A stretch of 64,000 bases of DNA from Camelus dromedarius (lineage: Eukaryota), in NCBI RefSeq assembly GCF_036321535.1, contig NC_087436.1, positions 61,258,001-61,322,000 on the forward strand. The letters are read 5' to 3'. A program made the position numbers and the translations under genes. This document shows, piece after piece, positions 36,971 to 49,380 of the stretch (the first letter of the stretch is position 1; the number at the start of each line of letters is the position of its first letter). The notes below the pieces were generated by a model that was not told the DNA's origin, searched no databases, and saw only the letters and a list, made by a program, of their open reading frames with translations.

Positions 36971-38858
36971 ACATTTGAACTTTACCTAGCACCTTGTATA
37001 TGTCTTCATGATGCTATCTTATTCTGCATTTTGATTTAGTCTGTGCCCTTATTCTGTCTCTTTTAGAAGCCTATCCCCTAACTAACTTGTGAGTTCATTA
37101 GGTACAGGGACTGTATTCTCATTTTTAACCACCACAGTGCCTAACACAGTACCCACTCTATAGCAGGCAATTACCATTTGTTGAATTAGATTGTACCAAA
37201 TGTGCAAATTTAAAGATCAAGTGGCTAACAACCTCAGAGGATATAATATTGAAATGAAATTTACACCTAGATTTATTGTGTATAATAAAAACATAGCACT
37301 GTCAGCTAATCATGTAGTTCCAATTGTTTCTAGAGTTCCAAAGACATTAAAAAATATAATTTGATCATAAATATTGCAAAGAAAAGCCTGAGGCCATTCT
37401 GTTTGCATGGAAAGGTGCCATTTCCTTGTTTCTATGCTTCAGGAATAAAAATATCTGGGAAAGAGAAGACGTTTACTAGCTTTGATCATTTTCTGAACCC
37501 CCCAAATATTTGTTCATCCAAAATCACTCTTTGAAAGCTAAAGAATACTTAATTTTTATTTTGCAGAAGGAACGATACCCCTGATTTAACCATGCCTGTG
37601 GCAAACTGGGCAATGCAAAAACACTATTCTTGAAAATCTTCTCACTGTGTAATGGCATTGTATATGATGAATAATAAACATCATAAGAAAAGAGAATTTT
37701 TGATTGAAACTGTAAACTCAACTTAGATTTGCTTCCATAACTTATTTCTGCAGCATCTAAATGTAAATTGTAAGGGTGAAAAACTGTTTTATGTCATGTC
37801 CAAAATTGCCTTTTGAAAACCATGATGCAGTGTCAGCACTTTGGTTCTACCATTGACATAGGTAATGGAGAGAGGCTATGTACCTACCACACACTGTCAC
37901 TTTCCGTGGGTAATTCACATTCTCCTTGTGTCTTTCAATTACTTCTGACAAAAATGTGTAACTAATCAACTGAGATCAAAGATACTTGATTTGTACTCTA
38001 TCTTTCTTACCTCTCTCACCTCTTGCTGTCTTCTTTCCCTCTCCCTCCTCCTTTCCTATGTGCTCATACACCAGAATCACTTAAAGATAATAGCTCCTTC
38101 AAAAATGCAGCTCCAAGGATTTAATTAAACCGTAAGTCCAGACTGGCCTGGGGAGGTTGAAGTAGTGTAAGATGAATCTTTGTTCAGAGTGAACATGGGA
38201 GTCTAGCGGCTTCAAAGTATCAGAGATCAAGTACATTAGAAGAGAGATTTGGCTTGTCTCTGTATGGATTCAGCGAGTTAAACAGTGGGCTGGAGAGTTA
38301 GCAGTCCTCCCTTTCGTGTGACCTTGGTTATGGCAGTATTCTTTTTCCAGCTTCCTTACCTGTAAAGTGCACTTTGAATACCAACCTTAAACTCTCTTGT
38401 TGCTTAGGAAACACCTTTTTAAACCTTGGCCCAATACTTTTTTATTTGGTTTACAAAGTCTAATTAATTATATGTGAGATATTTCTGTTGTTGCAGATAT
38501 TGAGGTAAAGATGAAAGGGATTATTTTGTTAATGGGTATCTCATGTTCCAGCATATCTTCCAGGGTCCTAGAGTAAGGGAAACTGCATCAAGACAGAAAT
38601 TACTGTACCTCTTCTATAAACTGTATACAGGACAAAATGCTCATAGGAAAACACTATTCTTAAAAAATCTCCTGGATGGCAAAATGATTATAATAGCTGA
38701 CATAATGCTTACTATGTGTAGAGACTACTAAAACAATTCATATGTAGTAACTTATTTATGCTTTATAACAATTCTCTATGATAGATGCTGTAAATTATTG
38801 CCATTTATAGACAGAGACAGAAAAGTTAAGTAATATGATCAAAGATCCCAACAACATG

Positions 38859-39347
38859 TGTGTTAGTCAGTGTTCTCCAGAGAAACAGAATCAATAGGAC
38901 ATATGTATAAAGAGATTTAATATAAGGAATTTCCTCATGTGATTATGGAGGCTGACAAGTCTCAAACTCTTTAGCCAGCAAGCTGGAGACCTTGGGGAAC
39001 TGGTGGTGTAAATTCTAGTCTGAAGGCTGGCAGGCTCAAGACCCAGGAAGAGCTTATATTTCAGTTCAAGTCCAAAGGCTGGGAAAAACAAATATTCCAG
39101 TTTGAATAATATCAGGCAGGAGAAATTCTTACTCCTGGGAGGGCCGGACTTTTTGTTCTATTCAGGCCTTCAGCTGATTGAATGAGGCCCACTACAGTAG
39201 GGAGAGCAATATCCTTTACTCGGTCTACTGATTCTAATGGCAATTTCACGCAAAAACACCTTCATAGACACATCCAGTATAATGTTTGACCAAATGTCTG
39301 GGTGCCCCATGGGTCAGTCAGGTTGACACATAAAATTAACCATCACA
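38859..39347 (-). mobile_element. MLT2-type ERVL solo LTR inserted into a MIR
   Basis: The reverse complement starts TGTGATGGTTAATTTTATGTGTCAAC and ends CTGGAGAACACTGACTAACACA. The 5-bp flanks are acatg/gcatg. MIR halves lie at ~38690-38858 and ~39348-39420. Confidence 0.9.
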
Positions 39348-39859
39348 GCATGTAAGTGACTGAGCCAGGATTTGGGTCAAGACAGATTGGCTCCAGAGCA
39401 CATACTTTTGGCCTCTACTTTTAACCCCTCTGTGGCCTTAGAGATCTTTTCTATCACTTACTCAACATGAAAGTCGAGCAGTGCCCCTGGTCAAACTTTA
39501 ACAAAGATTTTTATAATTTTCAAAATTACAAATACCTACCCTGTTTCCATAAACAACATGTCACGCTAGAGGGATCTTACAAAGAGAGAGTTTGCTGCTA
39601 GAATATTTGACCTTATTCCCAGGACATCTTGTTTTGTCCTTTAATATTTCAAATTGGTCCAAATTAGATCCTTGGTTGCCTCATACCAGACCTCAAACAC
39701 TCCAAATTGGATATTTCATAAACCACAGAAGGAAGAACAGACGTTCTTTACTTTTCCTTCCTAGATCCTGATAATACAGAAAACTGTAACCGGGCCACAG
39801 GTCTGAGGTCTGGGACTTCCTGCCTGATTTCGCTCTTCTGGAAATACAACGCTGCATGA

Positions 39860-40570
39860 AAGAGGCAAAGACCATATTTACCTGCTTTACAGTGAGGGAT
39901 GCAGTCAATACATAAGTAAGTAAATATAAAAATATATAACTGAATGTGGATTAGAGATAAAAGTCCTATGACAACAACTGAGCTGGGAAAAGGAAAAAAG
40001 ACAATTGAAAGTTGTGAGTGAAGTAAGTGGCTGTTAACAGGGGAGTCAGAGAAGGCTTCTCTTGAGCAGGTGACGTTTGAGCAGAGATCTGAATGAAATA
40101 AGGGAGTGAGCCATGAGACGATCTATGGAAAGAACTTTCTATATGGGAGCTTTATGAGTCAAGGCCCAAGTAGGGAGTATGCTCTGTGGGTTTAAGGAAC
40201 AGTGTGAAGAAGGTGGGGAAAGGAAGGTAATGGAATCAGAGGGGCAGCCGGGGCCAGGTGATGTAGGGTCTTTTGATTAATGGAAAAGACTTTGGATTGT
40301 GTGATGGCAAGACATTGAAGGGTTTTGAGTAGGACAATAACATGACCTGACTTACACTTTTAGAGGATCCATATGGTTGCTATAAGAGAATAATTAACTT
40401 GGGAACAAATATAGGAGCAGGGAGACGAAGTATGAAGCTACTGCAGCCATTCAGGTAAGAAACAATGACTTGGGCAGGATGGGTAGCAGAGGAGGTGGTG
40501 ACAGTTATGTGGATTTGGATTACACTTTGAAGGTAGCATGAGGGGCCTTGTTGATGGATTCACTGTGTGG
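39860..40570 (-). mobile_element. L2 fragment
   Basis: agggagtcagagaaggcttctc...ggtgacgtttgagcagagatctgaatga...tttgagtaggacaataacatgacctgacttacactttt. Confidence 0.8.
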
Positions 40571-41621
40571 TGAATACTAGACCAGTGTACAAAGACCTTA
40601 TAACTTAGTGGATTTATGTGCAAATGAGTGGGTTGGACTAAATGGTATCTAAGGTCTATTTCTTCAACATAGTGATTTTAATCACATTTGCTATACTCCC
40701 TGAGATATAATGACACTCAGCTATTTTCAGTTGCAGTTAACTTTATTCTTTCTGTTTCTAAGTCTCAGCACATCTTCTTTGATCCAGGGAGATTTTTAAC
40801 AGCAACGTTATTAGTCCACCAAAACAGCAGCTGGAGAAAGAAAATGAATGAATTCTCAATGCATTCATGGAAATGACAGGAAAACGTACAAAAATATTAC
40901 AAAAAAGTTTTGAGGATGTGTATCTTTTAAATAAATATGAGAGAAAGAAACCCATGAAGAGACGAAAAACACATAACATAAAATAATATGAAAATGGCCC
41001 TCAGGGAAAGACCAAAGAAAGGATTATTTCATTTAGCAGCATCAGCATAAAATCGCCTGGCTTTATATCAGAAAAAAAAAAATCCTCATAATCCACTTTT
41101 AAAAGCGCTTGCTCCATATATTATGCATGACATTTCCAGGCTGCCAAATTTCTGATTGAGCTGGTGATTAGAAGACAATACAGCACCTCCTTTTCTCTTT
41201 CTTCCTTTCTTGGAAGCAGCATTGCCTCAGCTCTCCTTCTGAATATCTCATGGAAGTCAGAAACAGAGAAAGCAGTGAGAGAGACATGCATCAAAGAGCT
41301 GATTTGGTTAAAGAGAAATACCTAGCGGGAATGTGTAACAGCTAAGACAGGAAGAGTTGGCAGAGGGGAGAAAGGGAACGAGGAGGGTCAGGAAAGAGTG
41401 GTTTTACCTGCAGTGTTGAAGGTCACAAAAGTGTCTGATATTGACAGTATCTGGGTTAATTGCCCCGACTGCAAATGAAATAAAGCGCTGTTCGATTTGC
41501 AGGCAGCTCTGAGGAGAGATGGCTCATTTTCAACCTGCATGTTTATATCACGTTACTTAATTGGCCTATTGAGTCATGAGGGCTGCTGTGAGGCTGCAGT
41601 GGGAAGGGAGAGGATGCGTTG

Positions 41622-41650
41622 GTGTGTGTGTGTGTGTGTGTGTGTGTGTG
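41622..41650. repeat. (GT)n microsatellite
   Basis: Visible directly. Confidence 0.95.
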
Positions 41651-44600
41651 ATGGAGTTAAAAGTGGTAATTTATTATGATTGCTTTCCATGCTCACCATA
41701 ATAGACCACTTCTGAGCAATCAGGTTGTGCTCCTGCAGGACTTGGGGTGGCACAGGTAGGCATTATTTAATTCATCTGTGAGAAAGTGAGCAACAGAGGG
41801 AGATAAAGTGGATATTAATCAGAACTGTATGAGATGTGAGATGCCTGCATCTAAATCAATCCAAGGAATCGTCTGGGAAATCAACTCCCTGTTTTCAGCT
41901 GGCTTACGCATTTTATTCTGGTGGAGGGATATTAGAAGCTTTTTTTCAATCACTTCTTCCCAGTTTGGTTCATCCTAATAACCTCCAGAAAATTCATAAG
42001 TCAGGGTGAATTTGCTCTGACTGGAATTTCATTCCACAGTCTCTGAATACTGATAACCGGTACGCATCACTGGGATGTTATCTGATAGCCCGAGTCTCTT
42101 CTGAGTTTTTTCTAGGCACTAGCAAGGATTTCTTAATACCTCCTGAAGCACAGGGTCTGGCTGTGCCAGTCTGAGAGCTGTGGTCTAGTCAATGCCAGTG
42201 ACAGAGCACACCTGAAATGGGGGATAAAAATGAAGAACCAGGAATGAAGTGCCAAAGGATCTTGCTCTGCGCTTAATGTGCAGTATGGAAGCAGATTAAT
42301 TAAGAAACATTTGCCTTGATTTTTGATCATGGAATACAAGAGATATCCTCACTGGCCTTGAAAGAATGTTTTGAAGAGGAAACCTGTTAGTTTGGAACTT
42401 ACCAAGACTGAAGAATAGGAAGAGAAATGCTGTCTGTTGATTCTCAGCTTTTGACCACATCCATGGCACCCACACCTGAGCTTGCCTAGTACCATCCACA
42501 TGTGGACCTCAGGAGGTTTGAGAAGCCTTGCATTGAAAGTTAACTGCCGCCACTTAAGGTTATCCCCACTTAGGTTATCCCCTCAATTGTAAGGGGCACC
42601 CAGATAATCCAGAATTTTCTCATACTGTTTTTGAAAGATCACTGAAAAGAAAACATGCAGTACATAATCATAACAGCTAAAGATTTTCCAAAAACATATC
42701 CATGGATTTCTAGGAGTCCATGAGAAGAGGCACCTGGCTGTAGGATTTTTCTAAAATAAATCCTAGGCCATGTAAACTACTCCTTGGGAGTCATTAGGTA
42801 GGATCTCTGGTGGACAAGTGTATTCTTTTAGGTCTTCTGGGCCTGGTGCTATGAGTTGATGCCCCAGAGCACTTAATGCATGCCTTCCCAATGTCCCCAT
42901 CGTTTTCCACCTCTTATGTTCCAAGGGACCCAGAAAAACTAGTAGGCCATCTTTTATGGCCTAATATAATAAAAATTAGTTTCATGACAGGACTGATAAT
43001 TTCAAAGATAAATTTACAGGATCCAAAGCTTTTGAAACATAGTTTCAAATTAATAAAAATAAAAAGATTCCTGTGAGACAAAGCACTTTGTTTACCTTAA
43101 TACGAAAAGATTCTAATCAAGGGAATGGTAATAAAGCCGAAATTATAATGTTTGGTTACTAAGTCCTGTATCCATTCCAGTATTGTGAAGTACCTCTTCC
43201 CAACTGGTTGGTCTTTTCAACTTGTCTATCTCTTTTGGCATATGTGTTGCTTATAGACATCAATAAAGATGGTTAAGATGTATCAACCAGAATGTATTTT
43301 TTAAATATATTTATTCTGAAAATACACATTGTTTTTCCAAGGCAGCATTTCAGGCCACACATAAATCAAAGTTGCTTTGTATGTTATTGACTCAGTGGGC
43401 TGCTGGGGATTTTAATGGACCTCTAAGCTCTGTTTGGTTCATCTTTCCATGTTTAAAAAAGAAGGAGAGAGAGAGAAAGAAAGAAAGATCTTTGATCTCC
43501 ATCTTACCTGGGGAGAGGAGAGTGGAAGGGAGCCAGAGATAAGAGAACTAAATTTACCTTTTGAGAAATGCAAGCAACAGAAAATATTAGACACAGCTCT
43601 AGATATTGAAGGAAAGTGGCTTTTGTTGTGGAGAAGTTAAAGAAAGAGAAAGAAATAGTTTTTCTTGCTTGCCCAGTTCTGCTTTCCTTGGCCTTCTTTC
43701 TCTGGTGATTCTGATGCTTTGTCCCATATGGAGATGATAGTGCCATTCTGGGTGCACACTGAGGCAGAATTAGTCCCATTCCCTGTTCAATGGCCCTGGT
43801 CTCAGCGAGGCAAACCAGATTCAGACCCAAGGGAAGGAGGTGGAACAGACTCAAGGGTAAAGGTGGGAGGCAGCAGAAAGGAGCAATCTGCCAATGTCCA
43901 GTAGTGTCAACCTGAAAACCTGTTTGACAAAAATAAAGCATGAAAGCTGGAGCTGATTTTCTTCTTTTAGGCGTTATCACTTCCCACAAAATCCTAAGGT
44001 GTCAGTGTCTCTTCTGAGTGCATTTCCGTTCCCTCTCAGATAGCAAGTCCATTTTCAAGTCAGGCCTTTGCATTAATCTTTGTATGTTCTTAGTTAATGA
44101 ATAATATTAGAAACAGTATCAGCGCTTTTAGACACGTTATGAAAGCAGGACATTGAGCTCCTGTTTTCATAGTATCCACAAATAACTGAGCTCAGAGTGG
44201 AACTCTTTTTCATTCTACCCAGAGCTTTGATTTGGGGATGTAAAGTGTCTTCCATGCATCAGTACTGCATGTTAAACTGTTCAGAGAAATTCTGTTGGTT
44301 CTTTTGAATCTAAATATTTTGCAAAGAAATCTGAGCCCTTTCTTTTCTTCTTATTCTGGATTATGAAGATAGAACACAGTCCTCCTGGTCCATCATATAT
44401 GATCAGCTCTGATTTTATCCACCTGTGAAATACTCATTTTGTAGATTAACTGGGGAAGTGGAAATAGCAAGATGACCCTCCATTTGGCATAGGGGTGTTG
44501 CCAGTCTGCATTCTCCATGCCATTTATGATATATATTCAGGAAAAATGCAAACTAATTTTAATATTAATTGAAGAAAAATTATAAATAGGAAGATAAATT

Positions 44601-46149
44601 CTATGCAGAGACTCAAAATCATTCTAAAGGTATGTATATAAATTGTAGATTTTCCCAGGTTGGTATTACCTGAACCATGGTTGCTCTTCAGTGGAGCTGA
44701 AAAAGCATATGAGGACACAGAAATATGTATATTTTAAAATTGGTGTTTTCATATTTTTTTCCTTGATGACCTAAAGTCAGTATAGATAAGCCAGAAGCAC
44801 ACATTTTAACAATAATTGGTAAAGGCTGTTGCATTGTTGCACCTACAGATACTTTGCCTACAGGATTATTGACCCCATTTATTCCTGATGTGTTACTCCA
44901 ATTCAGTTCAGTTAGGAATATTTAGGAAAATGATTCAAAGTGAAGAGCTATTAAAAAATCTCTTCACATGTTGAATTAGTGAGAGTGAGACATGACATGA
45001 TTTTATTAGATGAAAGATTATCTGGATAAGATTCCCCATGATTTCATAGGGTCAGAATTCTAGTTGGTGTTTAATTTTGTGACTTTGCGAAAGGTTACTT
45101 GGCCTTATAGACTGAACCTCTCATTGATAATCTGACCCCTCTCTGCACTTACCTTTCATTATACCCCTTCTTGCGCTTGGTGTCTTAACCTCAAGGAACA
45201 CTCAGCATTTGCTAAGCTTACCATTCACGTTCCTTTCGTGGAGTGTTGTGTTTTTTTTAATTGTCATGTTTTTCTTTCAACATTAGGACCCTCTTTTGCT
45301 TCATTTTCTAGACTGAAATCCTACTTTAAGACCCAACTCAAGTGTATCATAAAAAATATGATTCACTTCTCTATTTGGAATAAATTGTTTCCTTTCCTTC
45401 ACTCTTTTAGCACACTGGTTCTTGATCCTGGCTACACATTATAATCACTGGAGAGTTAAAAAAATGCTGATGCTGGAGCCAAACCTCCATACCTACCTTT
45501 TGTGCACCAGATTCTCACATTAAATCTGAACAATGACCAGCAATAACTTTTTACTCTTTACCCAATTCTTTCTAGGCACATGTGGGTAATATCTCCTTTC
45601 AAGGCAACTTGAAGGTACCCGCTGATATATCAAAGTGAGTTTGGATGTGAGTGAATGGGAGCAGCTCAGTCCCTTGGGTATAGTGGTCTTCGATACAGCT
45701 GCCCCTGCTTGCCACTGCTGTACCAGCCAGGTGAGCATGCTTATGTCACGATCAGTGAGGTACATGAAAATATGGATAGATGTATATGACATGTGTGTAG
45801 AAAATTAAGTTTGAGGGGTCCACTTTTTAAACATTACAATAAACACTTCATGTTTTCTTCTTCATGTATAGGCAGTGAATCACACAATTCTACCGCATTA
45901 CCATAGTTGAATCACTCTTGCTTCTGCCATTTTCCCTTCCCTCTTCTGCTTCATTATGACCCTCTGTACTGGGACATCTGCCATCCTTAAAAAAAAAAAG
46001 TTATCCCTTGACCCTTCATTTTCTCTATTAACCTTTTGTGGCAGCTTTGATAATGTGCCGGCCTATGTCCTACTAAAGGGGGTCTGTCCTTCACTGAGGT
46101 CGTCAACTGCTGAGCTTTGGAATCTATCCTGTCTTTGTACTAGTCAGTG

Positions 46150-46480
46150 CTTCCTGTAGACTGCTCCCTTTCAATGACTGAATTTGGCAGGGATACTAAT
46201 ACAGATCCCATCTTGGTAGGCACAGGACTCCTTTATTGGCCAGCTCTGGCTCAAGAACTGATACTTTGTCGAACATTTGGTGGACTGCATGGCATTCTAG
46301 GAGGCTTTCACTCAACCCTCTCCTGTCTCCTTCACTCAGTGTCAGACTTACATTGTTGTCTGACAGCTCTCCTCACCCTCTCCAGCTCCCTCTATCTCCT
46401 TTCACATAGGCATTCCCCCTGTAAAATCTTTACATGTTTAATCCAGGCTTGGACTGTCCTTCATGAAGGACCTAGACAAC
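46150..46480 (+). mobile_element. LTR16-like ERVL LTR fragment
   Basis: ccttcactcagtgtcagact...ctgacagctctcc...ggcattccccctgtaaaatctttacatgtttaatcc...ggacctagac. Confidence 0.55.
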
Positions 46481-46699
46481 CTCTGGCCCCAATTTCTCTA
46501 AGTAAAAGTGGAGTGGAGTAAGTAAAGTGGAGGGGCTAGCTGGTATAGGTGGGTATCAACCTCCAGAAAGAAAGAAGTAGGCAGTGATGGGAATCTGAGA
46601 AGGTGGATGAGATTTGTGATCCCCACACACCGTCAGTAACAGAACTCTGATTTCTTTCTCTTTCCCAATTAGTCTCTGTAGCTTTGCCCCATCAGACCA

Positions 46700-47292
46700 T
46701 TCCTAAATAGCAGCCAGAATGACCTTTAAAAAACCAGATCATATATTCACCTGCTCAGACCTTCCAATAGCTTCTCATCACATGTAGAACAAAATCCAAA
46801 GTCCTCCTAGTGGCACAAGCCGATGTGGAAAGGTATCTCTGGCTTCATGTTCTGTAACTCTCCTTATCCTTCTGCTCCAGCTGCCTTCATAGCTTTGCTG
46901 TCCCTCAAACACCAAGCTTGCTCCCACCTTCAGGTCCTTTCACCTGCTGTTCCTGCTGCCCAGAACTCTCATCCCAGGTTTTCCCATGGTTCATTCCCTC
47001 ACTTCATTCATTTCTTTTTCTCTTCCAGATCACCTCTTCAGTGAGGCTTGTCCTTATTATTCTACAGAAAATTGGAGCCATTTTCATTCTCTTTCCCTTT
47101 ATCCTGCTTTATTTTGTTCTAAGCATGTGTATCCCCAACATTATACTATATATCTATTTTTACAATTGCCTGTCTCCCACTAGAGTATTAGCTCAATGGG
47201 AACTGGGACTTTGTGTTTTCCACTGCTGTTTCCTCAGTAACCAGAATAATGCCCAGCACACAGTAAGCATTCAGTATTTATTGAGTGAATTA
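46700..47292 (+). mobile_element. L2 3' end
   Basis: cagccagaatgacctttaaaa...aaaatccaaagtcct...gcccagcacacagtaagcattcagtatttattgagtgaat. Confidence 0.85.
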
Positions 47293-49009
47293 ATTCTGGA
47301 ATATGAAACATACATGCCAGGAGGATACAGAAAGGAGGAAGGGAAATGGTATGGATCATTTATCAGAATATGTCTCCAGATAGCTTTTTCCTTTTTCTCT
47401 CCCCCCCTTTTTTGTATTATAAAGAGATCTACTCACCACAAACAGAAGAAAGTTCCATTATATGAACGCCAATCATATAGTGCTAACAGCATGCTTAAAG
47501 GGTCAATTTCCCCCAATTTTTCATTAAACAGCCTCATGTGTCACTAGCCTCCTGGTTACAATGGTTGCAGATTTACGTTGAGTAACATATGATGGGGGGC
47601 TGGGTACTGAGTGGACCTGGCAGTCCTGTTCTTGGGTCTTCATTGGCTGCTTCCGGTATGGCTTTTTGTATTATGTCAGTGATGCAAACCAGAGGTCCTT
47701 GGGTGCCCAGAGGTCCTGCAGAAAGAGACATGGGCAGCAGGCTCAGCCCAAGCTTTTTTAGGCGGCCCTCTATGTGTGACTGGAATGTGACTGGAATGTG
47801 AGGAACACAGCTTTCTGCTGGGTAATGAGAAGAAAACATTCTAATAAGGACTCACATTTGCAACATCTGTTTCATTTGGGTAATTTTAGATGGCTAAAAT
47901 CTACATCTCAGAATGACGAGAGCTCCTATCATCTTACAGATGTTTGCGGTGACGTCTCAAAGCAACCCCCACAATAATGGACTGTAAGGGTAAAGAAGGA
48001 ATAGGACCCTTATTAAGCTTAGGAAACAGCACCCATTTAAGGCAAACTGATACAGAAGAAAACAGCATAATGGTCTTTCTTTCTTAGAAAAGCCTAGAAA
48101 AGTCTTTTCTCTCTTTTTTTAGAGCTGTAATGGTGAGTTAAGGATTTTAATACTTATATTAACTCTTTCCTTATCCAGGTATCTATACTTAATTAATCCC
48201 TACCACTTTTCTAAAGAAAAGCTACCTCATTCAAAGAAATTTCCAGGGATAAAAATTGAATATTCAAGATTCTGACCAAACCCCATTGTTATCAGACCCC
48301 CTTCTAAAGATAGCACTTAGTAGAAATGATAGCACTCTTGCTCAGATTTTTCTGGGTAGAAACATGAGGGAGATTAGAAGCTGTTAATTGTATTGCACAG
48401 ATGATGAAACTGGAGGCCCGTAAAGGATACTTCCTCTTCTTTGCCTCTCACAGCACTTCCCATCGTGCTGTCAGCCAGTGCTTAATAGACATATCTTGAA
48501 GAAAATGCATGGCTACAAATGTAGATAATAGTGGCAAAACAGGAAGTACAACTCTGATTTCATAACATGTGGATCCCCTTTTATCCAGCAAATTTTATTC
48601 TCTTTTAAATATCAAAACAAAAAACCCTCCAATGGAAAGCAGGATGATGGAGTGCTCACTTTACAATGTGAGAACTTAAGTACAGTCTAAACAGGCTCTT
48701 TGTCAAGCCGATTCCTCTTTGTATGGCTTTGTGTAGTAAACAGAACACTTTAGCATACGTGATCTCATTTGAGATCTTAATCTCTTCTGAGTTGGATCCC
48801 AAAAGCCTTCCTTGACCCAGAAAAGGTTTCAGAATATTTCATTGCCACCTGGAGACTGATATTCTTTCAGTGAACGTGAAGATGAAGTGTTCTTTGAAAA
48901 GGAGCTGTTTGGTCATCAAGACTTTTCTGCCAGATACCAGTCTATTGGGTTCTTTTTGCTGAGGTTAACGTGTAGATATGTTAGCCTTCATATACCAGGC
49001 TATGTTATG

Positions 49010-49380
49010 TTATGTTAACCAGGGTAGGATAAGTTATGCTGTGTTAATGAACAACTCCCATATCTCAGTGGCTTAACAGAAGAAATTTTTGCTTCTTGCT
49101 TACAAAGGTGAACTGCAAATCCAGGTGACTCTGGGGTGACTCAGTGGTCTGGGATGATGAATGTGCATCACCCTGTGACTGCACCCTAAGGAACACAGAT
49201 CTCCCTGGTCATTGTAGCAGGGAGGGACTGGGCTGGGAAGTCCATACTGGCAATTAAATGTTTTGTCCGGGAAGTGACACATATTTCTGCTTACCTGGGC
49301 AAGGAAGTATCATCTTCCTCTGTGCCAGGAAGGAGAGGCAAATCAGATGTCGGTGACACTTAGGGATTCCTACTACATAG
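49010..49380 (-). mobile_element. Old MLT1-type MaLR LTR
   Basis: ggataagttatgctgtgttaatgaacaactcccatatctcagtggcttaaca...ccgggaagtgacacatat. Confidence 0.65.

Noticed and set aside
46918..47547. 209-aa hydrophobic ORF
   Set aside because: It lies mostly in the pyrimidine-rich sense strand of an L2, so the hydrophobicity is compositional.
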